A DNA stretch of 64,000 nucleotides. Origin: a virus. Below the pieces are notes generated by a model. It saw only the letters and a list, made by a program, of their open reading frames with translations, did not search any database and was not told the DNA's origin. The position numbers and the translations under genes are program-made. Positions 47,761 through 55,723 of the stretch are shown piece after piece. The stretch's first letter is position 1, and each line of letters starts with the position of its first letter. The stretch is taken from positions 1 through 64,000 of IMG/VR virus record IMGVR_UViG_3300008267_000007, one strand, 5' to 3'.

Positions 47761-47815
47761 AAGCGCTTTCGTATATTTAAGTGTTAATAAGATAAATAAT
47801 TAAAAAACAAAGGTT

Positions 47816-48082
47816 ATGGAAATTAAATTAAATACTGAAGCAAAGGGAAATAGAATTAATAAATTTTACCTTGAGGCATTGGATAAAATAGCTAGCGCTG
47901 CTGAAGATGGTTATGATTTAACTGAACATGTATTTCCAAAAGATATATATGATGAAGTGAGAACTAAAATAAATGAACATATGAAAGCATTTAATGTTGA
48001 ATTTGTTTGGCCAAGTATAGGTAATATGAGTAGTGTTGCTGTGGGGGACGGTCGTTTAATGAGATTTAAACTATTAAGTTAG
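47816..48082 (+). CDS. hypothetical protein
   Basis: Own promoter motif at 47768. Confidence 0.7.
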   Translation: MEIKLNTEAKGNRINKFYLEALDKIASAAEDGYDLTEHVFPKDIYDEVRTKINEHMKAFNVEFVWPSIGNMSSVAVGDGRLMRFKLLS

Positions 48083-48141
48083 GGTATTTGAGAGTATAAA
48101 TTAGTTTCGTATATTCAAGCATAATTAAATAAGTATATATC

Positions 48142-48324
48142 ATGGAAAGCAGATTTGGAATTGAATTAAAGGTATTGGAACAAGCCCTAGAAAATATGAA
48201 GGTAGGAGGCTATTTAGGTAAGGATAGTACAATTGAGGATTTGGAGGACATGGCATATTCATGTTGTGAAGGAATAGATTGGTATGCCAAAAAGAAGTTA
48301 TATCAATGGGCGAGTGAACTATAA
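48142..48324 (+). CDS. hypothetical protein
   Basis: Own promoter motif at 48106. Confidence 0.65.
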   Translation: MESRFGIELKVLEQALENMKVGGYLGKDSTIEDLEDMAYSCCEGIDWYAKKKLYQWASEL

Positions 48325-48677
48325 TTTAAAAAATCAAAGGTTATGAAAAATGAATTAGAATTATTATTAGAAAAATTAGAAGCAGTTGAACTTCAATTAG
48401 TTGAAAATAATATTATCCAAGATGAAGGTAGATTGAGTGATGCTTTAGGTGTTATCAAAAGTAAAATAATGGATAAAATAAATAAGGCATATTAGAGTAT
48501 AAATACATTTCGTATATTCAAGTATAATAATAAAAAATAAAATGTTATGAAAGCAATTAAGGTATTATCAGTTAAAGTTGGAATTGTATTGAGAGAAATG
48601 GCTAGTGGAGCAGGTACTGCTTTGAGATCATAAAAACAGTTCGTATATTTAAGTGTAATAATTAAAAAACAAAGGTT

Positions 48678-48989
48678 ATGTTAAATACAACTTATTTAGG
48701 TAGAGAAATCACAAGACGTGATAACGTGAAAGTAGAAGGTACATTCAGCTCAGTTCATGAAGCAGAAAAACGATTGAAGGGAATGGGTTATATAATAGGA
48801 AGTATGTGTGGGGGTGATCCAATAGGGTTCGCATGTGAGGAAAAATATAACTACATCTCAAAGTGGCATAACATGAATAGAGAAGATCAAAACAAATTAG
48901 ATGGGGTAATGATCTCTAGTAATTGGAGAGAAGGCAGTGTTGAAATAATATGGTTTATGGAACCAAAAACCGCAAAACAAGACATATAA
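48678..48989 (+). CDS. hypothetical protein
   Basis: Own promoter motif at 48640. Confidence 0.72.
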   Translation: MLNTTYLGREITRRDNVKVEGTFSSVHEAEKRLKGMGYIIGSMCGGDPIGFACEEKYNYISKWHNMNREDQNKLDGVMISSNWREGSVEIIWFMEPKTAKQDI

Positions 48990-49120
48990 TATCAGCAACA
49001 CGGGGGACGAGAAGAATAATACTACACACGTGGGGGAAAGATATCAAAAGGCATAACGTATTATAAATCAATTTCGTATATTCAAGTATAAGAAAGATAA
49101 ATAATATAAAAACAAAGGTT

Positions 49121-49309
49121 ATGAAAACAGAAATGGGGTTAATCGACAAAGTAATTGTTATAGATGGAATGTTAAACAAATTGGGGTATGACACTTCTAA
49201 AATGACGATGGATGAAATGCTGGATATAAAAAATGCTATAGAAAAGGCGGTGGTAAAGGCACAACTGCCTGTGAAGGGTTATGAACACCCATCTAAGGTA
49301 TTAGTTTAA
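49121..49309 (+). CDS. hypothetical protein
   Basis: Own promoter motif at 49073. Confidence 0.65.
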   Translation: MKTEMGLIDKVIVIDGMLNKLGYDTSKMTMDEMLDIKNAIEKAVVKAQLPVKGYEHPSKVLV

Positions 49310-49320
49310 GTAATGTGGAG

Positions 49321-49357
49321 AGACTTCCCCGCGGTGGAAACACTGTTGGGGAAGTTT
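49321..49357 (+). other. 16-bp GNRA-capped hairpin (terminator or ncRNA part)
   Basis: AGACTTCCCC-GCGGTG-GAAA-CACTGT-T-GGGGAAGTTT. Confidence 0.6.
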
Positions 49358-49720
49358 TATTTAAAATAATGTGGTATGTGGAGAACTGAGAGACGTGATG
49401 TGGAACATGGGGGGCAGGGTATGCTTTTTCTTCCCTAGACACCCTAGTTCCCTCCCCTAAAACAAAAGTATATACTATTTAAACAAGGGAATGTGAGGAT
49501 TAAGTTGCATTTCGTATATTTAAGTATAAATTAAAATAAAAAGGTTATGAGAAAAGAAATAAAAAATTTGGCAGATGACTTATTTTTAAAAGGTAATAAA
49601 AGAAAGGCATTTATACTTGAATTTGAAAGTGCAGTGGTTTTAATGCGAGAAAATGATTTTGATCAATTCTATGCTTTCGCCGATATTATAATGCAAAAAT
49701 ATAATTAAAATAAAAAGGTT

Positions 49721-49942
49721 ATGAGAATAATTAAATTGACAAGTCAGGACAAATCCCTAATTTACATTAATGTGGAACATATAGGGCATTTTTATGAAGT
49801 AGCAGATAAAATGGAGTATGGAAGAGTTACAGAAGTAAAACATACCAGAGTGGGGGTAACAACTCACAACAACGGGGGTTTCAAAGTAACTGAAAGTGTA
49901 TCCAAAATTCTTAAATTAATTAGTGAGAGTAAAGGAATTTGA
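49721..49942 (+). CDS. small FlbD-like hypothetical protein
   Basis: IIKLT...YINVEHI...KVTESV pattern. Confidence 0.5.
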   Translation: MRIIKLTSQDKSLIYINVEHIGHFYEVADKMEYGRVTEVKHTRVGVTTHNNGGFKVTESVSKILKLISESKGI

Positions 49943-50242
49943 TGTTATAAATCAGTTTCGTATATTCAAGTATAATTAAAAAGATAATATCATGACATTA
50001 GAACAAATGAATACCGAAAACAAATTGATGGAGGAAAAACACCTTGTAGTGAAGGAATTAATGAATTACCTACATGAAGCTCAATTTGATAGAACTACCT
50101 TAACAAGTGTAATGTTGAGAGAGTTGAGACATAAAGTTAATGAAATGTTAAAAAACGATTTCTAAAAAGGAATATGATTAGTAAAATCAGTTTCGTATAT
50201 TTAAGTGTTAAAAAGAAATAATAATTATAAAAAATAAAGGTT

Positions 50243-50644
50243 ATGAACAGAATTGAAATTATTGCCCGTGTAAAAGAATTAGGTTTAACAACTGAAAAAC
50301 CTGCTCAACAATGTAAAACTGCTTACTTGGAGGAATTGTTAAATGCAAGTCACAGCATTACAGTAAAAACATCTAAACGTGGAAGGCCAGCCAACCCTGA
50401 AAGTGCTGCATTTAAACGTAAAGCGGATTTGGAAGCAAGACGCGCCGCGGGGGAATTGAAACGTGGTAGACCAGTTGAAACAACAAGTGAACGTCAAATC
50501 AGATTATCACTACAGGGAACATTACCATTAGGTAGAAAACCAAATCCTGAAAGTGCTGCATACAAACGTAAGGCTGAATTAGAGGCAAGACGTGCCGCTG
50601 GTACATTAAAGAGAGGTAGACCAGCTGCCCCTAAAGCAGAGTAA
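50243..50644 (+). CDS. basic AT-hook repeat DNA-binding protein
   Basis: Three KRGRP motifs; duplicated NPESAA.KRKA.LEARRAAG.LKRGRP. Confidence 0.75.
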   Translation: MNRIEIIARVKELGLTTEKPAQQCKTAYLEELLNASHSITVKTSKRGRPANPESAAFKRKADLEARRAAGELKRGRPVETTSERQIRLSLQGTLPLGRKPNPESAAYKRKAELEARRAAGTLKRGRPAAPKAE

Positions 50645-50655
50645 TAATGTATAAT

Positions 50656-50681
50656 GGGGGGTTAATAGTTAGCCCCCCTTT
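50656..50681 (+). terminator. hairpin/terminator
   Basis: GGGGGGTTAA-TAG-TTAGCCCCCC-TTT. Confidence 0.65.
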
Positions 50682-51264
50682 AACTTAACAATTATTATAT
50701 TGGAGACCTCTACCGTATCAAACAGGAAATACGTTGACAATTATAAAAAACAGAAAAACACTCCACCACCACCCTCATCACCGCTTGTGGGATGCATTTA
50801 CCAGGGAAAAACCACGTCAAATAACAAAGTAATAGGCATGTTAATGGAGTATGGCGAGGCCAATTCAATCATTAAAGATAAACATGGTAAATCGCATGTT
50901 ATACTCTCCAACACACTATTAAGCATCCAATAAGGAATTTGATGTTATAACTTAATTTCGTATATTTAAGTGTAATTAAAAAATAAATGTTATGGAAGCA
51001 GTTTTATTATGGGGGTTAGTTATAGTGTTATGTTGGGTGAAATTTTTAGTATTTAAACATATAACAGATAAAAAATAATATCATGAAAAAATTATCATTA
51101 CAGCAAACGGCCAACATATTAAAAGTATTAGTAATTATTATTTGGGTTTGGTTCATGTATTCCTTCATTACGTCATAAAATAAATTTGGAGTATTAAAAA
51201 TAATTTCGTATATTTAAGTGTTAAAAAGAAATAATAATAATAATAATAATAAAAAATCAAGGTT

Positions 51265-51498
51265 ATGAAAAATTTTAAAATTAAATCGGTATTTGAACAA
51301 ATTGCATCTGAAGTATTCACAATGCGTGATGTAAACAAGGCAAAATCATTCATTAATGAGTTTATAACAAGTAAAGGCATAAACGGCGTAGACAAACAAA
51401 TAATTGTTAATAACGTTGCCAATTGCAAAAGCATATCAGCAATTCAAACTTACATTTGTAATTCATTGCTTAAATACGAAGGCATGAGTTTAAATTAA
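51265..51498 (+). CDS. hypothetical protein
   Basis: Own promoter motif at 51205. Confidence 0.72.
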   Translation: MKNFKIKSVFEQIASEVFTMRDVNKAKSFINEFITSKGINGVDKQIIVNNVANCKSISAIQTYICNSLLKYEGMSLN

Positions 51499-51526
51499 AT
51501 ACCCGCCATACAAATTAGTATATGCC

Positions 51527-51555
51527 AGGGGACCTAGAAATAGGTCCCTTTTTTT
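51527..51555 (+). terminator. strong intrinsic terminator near the end of the early-gene array
   Basis: AGGGGACCTA-GAAA-TAGGTCCCT followed by a T tract. Confidence 0.8.
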
Positions 51556-51570
51556 CTTCTCAAAACAATT

Positions 51571-51690
51571 TCGGTCCGGCATTGGATGCTAGCGGGACAG
51601 GACTGGATGCCCACGCAGCGTTGAGGTCCATCGGCGGTCGTGTGTGGTTCCGGAAAAAATTTCCCCACTCTTCAGATCGAAAACGATCTT
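51571..51690 (+). ncRNA. GC-rich structured element, putative ncRNA or cis site
   Basis: 51/80 GC over 51571..51650; nested stems with G-U pairs. Confidence 0.4.
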
Positions 51691-51780
51691 TACACCAAAT
51701 CCCCATATATACGAATATATCAAAGTAAATGCAGTTCTCCCAATGGGGTACATACTTATACGAAACTTAAAAAACACAAA

Positions 51781-52011
51781 ATGAAACAGATGAAAGTCCT
51801 ATTGATGGCAAATAAAACTTTATCTTTGATGATGGAAGATTTAGCCACACTATTAGAAGGAATGGATAACCTTGATTTAGTAACGGATCTTGAAGACAAT
51901 GTCCTCTCCTCTTTAGAAGATGCTCAAGCACAACTTGACATGATAATTGATGATATAGATGAGGGCGCGTATGAAAGTATGCCAGATGAAGATTTCGAAG
52001 AGTGGAATTAA
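51781..52011 (+). CDS. very acidic small protein
   Basis: ATG after an A-rich leader; 21 D/E vs 3 K in 76 aa. Confidence 0.7.
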   Translation: MKQMKVLLMANKTLSLMMEDLATLLEGMDNLDLVTDLEDNVLSSLEDAQAQLDMIIDDIDEGAYESMPDEDFEEWN

Positions 52012-52147
52012 TATATTTTCCATAAATTCGTAAAAAAGAGATTTTAAAAAGATTTTTGGCCCTCCCCACATATATACTTGTGCGGAGGGCTTGGTTTTCC
52101 AAAATATGCTTCGTATATTATATATTGATAATTTAAATAAAAATGTT

Positions 52148-52375
52148 ATGACACCAAAGGAAAAAGCTCAAGAGTTAGTTGATAAGTTTATGGATATAAA
52201 AAATGTAAAGCTATCAGACTACTCAGTAATATACTTACCAACAGCTAAGCAGTGTGCATTAATAACAGTAAATTATATAATGTCATCAAACCCACATAGT
52301 AATCTATTTGATACAGAAGGTAAATCAACTATATCTTATTGGATGTTAACTAAACAAGAAATACAGAACCTATGA
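52148..52375 (+). CDS. MTPKEKA-family protein 1
   Basis: Tandem paralog. Confidence 0.75.
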   Translation: MTPKEKAQELVDKFMDIKNVKLSDYSVIYLPTAKQCALITVNYIMSSNPHSNLFDTEGKSTISYWMLTKQEIQNL

Positions 52376-52608
52376 CACCAAAAGAAAAGGCAAGAGACTT
52401 AGTAGATACATTTTACTATTCACTTCCTAATAATGGAAGTACAGAAGGAATAAACAGTACTACAAGAAGGTATGCAGAAGCTAAACAATGTGCTTCAATA
52501 TCAGTTGATGAGATAATTAATTGTGATACATTTTTTAAAACACTACAAGATAGTAAAGATTTTATATATTATTGGTATAAAGTACATCAAGAAATAGAAA
52601 ACCTATGA
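52372..52608 (+). CDS. MTPKEKA-family protein 2
   Basis: Tandem paralog. Confidence 0.75.
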   Translation: MTPKEKARDLVDTFYYSLPNNGSTEGINSTTRRYAEAKQCASISVDEIINCDTFFKTLQDSKDFIYYWYKVHQEIENL

Positions 52609-52835
52609 CACCAAAAGAAAAAGCATCTTATCTATTCCAGAAGTATCTTCCATACACCGATGGAAGTAATGTAGAAAGAATTAGATACAATACATTAGTT
52701 TGTGCATTGATAGTGGTAGATGAAATATTAGAGGAGTTAGAACCCCTATTAGATGCAGACGAACGAGCAAATGCAGCTACATTTTATTCATGGGAGTTTT
52801 GGAAAGAAGTTAAAGAAGAACTACACAAGATATGA
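52605..52835 (+). CDS. MTPKEKA-family protein 3
   Basis: Tandem paralog. Confidence 0.75.
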   Translation: MTPKEKASYLFQKYLPYTDGSNVERIRYNTLVCALIVVDEILEELEPLLDADERANAATFYSWEFWKEVKEELHKI

Positions 52836-53053
52836 AAACAATCATTCACGTAAACCAGCATGTAATAAAAGCTAATAAGAAGAATGGGGTAGAAAATCCT
52901 GTTCTTACTGTTAAGACTTATAAAAGCAATACTTACGCACATGAAGTTGATATCAAAGGCGATAGTAAGATAATATATAGCCCCGATAAGCCTCTAAGTT
53001 GTGGAGCACATGTTTGGATTGAAACACATAACGAAGTAGTGATAGTAAAATGA
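52832..53053 (+). CDS. conserved phage hypothetical protein
   Basis: IHVNQHVIKAN...PLSCGAHVWIET. Confidence 0.75.
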   Translation: MKTIIHVNQHVIKANKKNGVENPVLTVKTYKSNTYAHEVDIKGDSKIIYSPDKPLSCGAHVWIETHNEVVIVK

Positions 53054-53238
53054 GAAAGTTATACTATAGGCTAGTTAGGTTAATAGGATACACCTTCCTG
53101 TTAGAAGATAGATACAACCCCGAAACATTTGAACTAGATAAAAAGTACTCTAGCTTATCACTTTACAAGTTCATAGGAAACTACAAGCACGACGGCAGTT
53201 TAAGAATGATTCGTATTTGGCAAATTAAAATAAAATAA
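53050..53238 (+). CDS. hypothetical protein
   Basis: ORF track. Confidence 0.55.
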   Translation: MRKLYYRLVRLIGYTFLLEDRYNPETFELDKKYSSLSLYKFIGNYKHDGSLRMIRIWQIKIK

Positions 53239-53241
53239 GTT

Positions 53242-53883
53242 ATGAAAAAGGTTTTGTTAGTAGGGTTATTATTTTCATTAGCGGCATGTTCGTTAGACCC
53301 CTTTTCTCCCAACGTTTGCCTAGATGGCTCATGTGATGCAGCTTTTCTTGTTGACACAAATATTAATCCAGGCTCTTATCTGGATAATAAAAATGTATGG
53401 CATATAAAACGCTCAAAACAAAATTACTTTACTGTAAAAGGAATCGCAGATAAGCTCTCACCAGAATATGTAGTAAACGGAGTACCGTTAATTGAGACGG
53501 GGTATGACTCGGATTTCTTTTTTACTCCCACAAATATTCAATGGACTTATCCTGTGTATTCCTTTTTAGGTTTATTCTCAAATAATACCTTAACTACTGC
53601 TATTCCTTATGGTTATATAACTATAACATTGCCACAAATATTAGGAACAACTTCTGTTACTAATTTAGTGGGATATGAAATGAATTCGCATACAACATTC
53701 GATAAACCATACTCTCCCACGTTACTTTCAACGTATAGTAAGTATAACTACTCCCCTCAACATAATATGATATTTTTACCTAGTTTCGTTGGTAAATCCG
53801 CTGAAATTCATATTCGAGTAGTTTGGGGAGAAGGTAGAAGTGAAACTAAATTTTATAAATTGAAAATAATTTTTGAAAATTAA
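53242..53883 (+). CDS. putative lipoprotein
   Basis: MKK + hydrophobic stretch + LAAC lipobox. Confidence 0.72.
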   Translation: MKKVLLVGLLFSLAACSLDPFSPNVCLDGSCDAAFLVDTNINPGSYLDNKNVWHIKRSKQNYFTVKGIADKLSPEYVVNGVPLIETGYDSDFFFTPTNIQWTYPVYSFLGLFSNNTLTTAIPYGYITITLPQILGTTSVTNLVGYEMNSHTTFDKPYSPTLLSTYSKYNYSPQHNMIFLPSFVGKSAEIHIRVVWGEGRSETKFYKLKIIFEN

Positions 53884-53936
53884 GTATATATGTACGCAAG
53901 GCGTGGTGCAGATGGGTGCAATTAAATTAGATAAAT

Positions 53937-54125
53937 ATGGATTACATTATTAATTACCTTATTATAGGGTACTTTATTTCATTAGGTTTCCACTTAATGA
54001 TATACTTTTCACCGGTGCCAGAAAAATTTACTGCTAAAGATGCCCTTAGTACAATGGTTCTTTGGCCTTTAGTTACTTATGGATTTATAAAAGAATTAAT
54101 TAAAAGACATTATGATGGAGAATGA
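53937..54125 (+). CDS. small membrane protein
   Basis: Two hydrophobic segments, LWPL. Confidence 0.65.
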   Translation: MDYIINYLIIGYFISLGFHLMIYFSPVPEKFTAKDALSTMVLWPLVTYGFIKELIKRHYDGE

Positions 54126-54366
54126 TTTAGAAAAACAACTTATTCCTTATTTGGAACCTATAATTAATCAAACATTAGATATGATTGAGGGAATGTTTAA
54201 TGAAGGAAATTTTGATGAAGGAGAAATAAATGAATTGCTTTATCAACTACAAGATGATTTTGGTGAATATATTAATATGCTATCACCGCAAATTCGTGGT
54301 AGAATCTCAAAGATACACGATAAACTATTAAATTTGGATAATATATATGACTCAAAAGATTTATAG
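54112..54366 (+). CDS. acidic hypothetical protein
   Basis: ORF track. Confidence 0.6.
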   Translation: MMENDLEKQLIPYLEPIINQTLDMIEGMFNEGNFDEGEINELLYQLQDDFGEYINMLSPQIRGRISKIHDKLLNLDNIYDSKDL

Positions 54367-54505
54367 CGTAATATGCGACTCTCTAATAATTCAAAAACTT
54401 ATGACAAGAAGCTTGGCTTTTAGAGAAATGGGTTGTATAATTGAGGAGGGGAAAAGGTAAAACAAAAATGATAGAAAAATGGAAAATGAGAAAAGGGGAG
54501 GGGGG

Positions 54506-54778
54506 ATGATGGAAATAACGTTATACACGTTGGAAATGTGTAACAGATGTAACGAGATAAAAGATGAATTGGATAAAAGAGGTATAAGGTATCAAAATAT
54601 TAACATAAGTAACAATGATAGATTAGGAGATACTTTGGAAGATGTATATAAATGCTCTTCGTACCCTATGGTTCTAAAGAACAATATTATGTTTTTACCT
54701 TATACCTCTTTACCTATTACTCCTAATATTAAAATATATAATTCAATTGCTGAATTAGTACAATTACTTAACAAATAA
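54506..54778 (+). CDS. glutaredoxin/NrdH-like protein
   Basis: ITLYT..CNRC...YP motif. Confidence 0.7.
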   Translation: MMEITLYTLEMCNRCNEIKDELDKRGIRYQNINISNNDRLGDTLEDVYKCSSYPMVLKNNIMFLPYTSLPITPNIKIYNSIAELVQLLNK

Positions 54779-54784
54779 AATAAA

Positions 54785-54958
54785 ATGAGATATAAACAAT
54801 TAGTTTCGGACAAATTAGAACAATTAGACAACAGTTTTCAACAATTAGCTTATTTAATTAATACTCAAGACATATATCAAGCTAAGGATTTTATGGATAA
54901 AATGAGAGAGAAAATAGCTGATATTCAAACACTTATTAACACTAATACTGAAGATTAA
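54785..54958 (+). CDS. small coiled-coil protein (57 aa)
   Basis: Read by hand: MRYKQLVSDKLEQLD... Confidence 0.6.
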   Translation: MRYKQLVSDKLEQLDNSFQQLAYLINTQDIYQAKDFMDKMREKIADIQTLINTNTED

Positions 54959-54959
54959 T

Positions 54960-55721
54960 ATGGAAGTTAAATTAACAGCACAACAAATATCTGAGAATTG
55001 GGATATTTTAATGTCTAGAATAGATTCTTATATTGCTGAACCAAGATGTACTCAATTAAAAGAATTTTATTCTAAATTTCAAGAACGTATTATAATGATG
55101 CCTGCTTCTTATAAGAAAGAATACCATAACGCATTCCCAGGGGGGTACGTTGATCATGTTATAAGAGTTATAGATGGTGCCCTTAAATTAAATAAAGTTT
55201 GGAAGGATATGGGAGTAGATGACTCTACTTATACTATTGAAGAATTAGTATTTTCAGCTTTAAACCATGATTTAGGTAAAATAGGAGATGAAGAAAATGA
55301 ATCTTATATCCCTCAGACTGACCAATGGAGGAAAGATAAATTAGGAGAAGATTATATGTTTAATGAGAAATTAGCTTTTGCTTCTGTTCCTGATAGATCA
55401 CTATTTACACTTCAGTCATATGGCATTAAATATACTTTTAATGAAATGGTTGCCATCCAGACACATGATGGAATTTATGATGAGGGAAATAAAAAATATT
55501 TTATGTCGTTCACCCCAGGACAAAAACCAAGAACATCTTTACCTTTTATTTTACATCAAGCTGATTTAATGGCTTCACGTATTGAATTTGAGAAAGAATG
55601 GTTACCTAAATTAGGTAAAGATAAAAAAGTAGAAGTAAAAGCTCCTGCTAAATATTCTTCTAAAACACCTACTTTATCTAATGCTAATGCACCTTTTGCT
55701 AATCTTTTAAATAATTTATAA
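54960..55721 (+). CDS. HD-domain phosphohydrolase (YhaM-like)
   Basis: HNAFPGGYVDH, HDLGK, HDG, HQAD. Confidence 0.85.
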   Translation: MEVKLTAQQISENWDILMSRIDSYIAEPRCTQLKEFYSKFQERIIMMPASYKKEYHNAFPGGYVDHVIRVIDGALKLNKVWKDMGVDDSTYTIEELVFSALNHDLGKIGDEENESYIPQTDQWRKDKLGEDYMFNEKLAFASVPDRSLFTLQSYGIKYTFNEMVAIQTHDGIYDEGNKKYFMSFTPGQKPRTSLPFILHQADLMASRIEFEKEWLPKLGKDKKVEVKAPAKYSSKTPTLSNANAPFANLLNNL

Positions 55722-55723
55722 AA

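Larger units (their letters stand above)
36156..52120 (+). repeat. array of 32 dispersed promoter/leader repeats, TTCGTATATT(T/C)AAGT...AAAGGTTATG
   Basis: TTCGTATATT counted by eye at 36156, 37645, 37830, 38884, 40224, 41218, 41412, 42293, 42740, 43554, 43817, 43979, 44658, 45085, 45334, 45656, 46064, 46387, 46691, 47097, 47434, 47768, 48106, 48509, 48640, 49073, 49511, 49957, 50192, 50957, 51205, 52110. Confidence 0.92.

Noticed and set aside
50700-50933. 77-aa ORF with TTG start
   Set aside because: Non-ATG start, no promoter/leader motif and atypical composition. It may be real but I cannot support it.
51522-51780. ORFs 51522..51728, 51589..51777 and the 5' extension of 51640..52011
   Set aside because: They cross a terminator and the GC-rich structured island with atypical codon usage. 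The credible start is ATG 51781.
36156-52120. CRISPR array interpretation of the recurring repeat
   Set aside because: Spacing is irregular and gene-sized (about 130 to over 1000 bp), the intervals are ORFs, and the repeat behaves as a promoter/leader. The Cas4-like gene is stand-alone, with no cas1/cas2.
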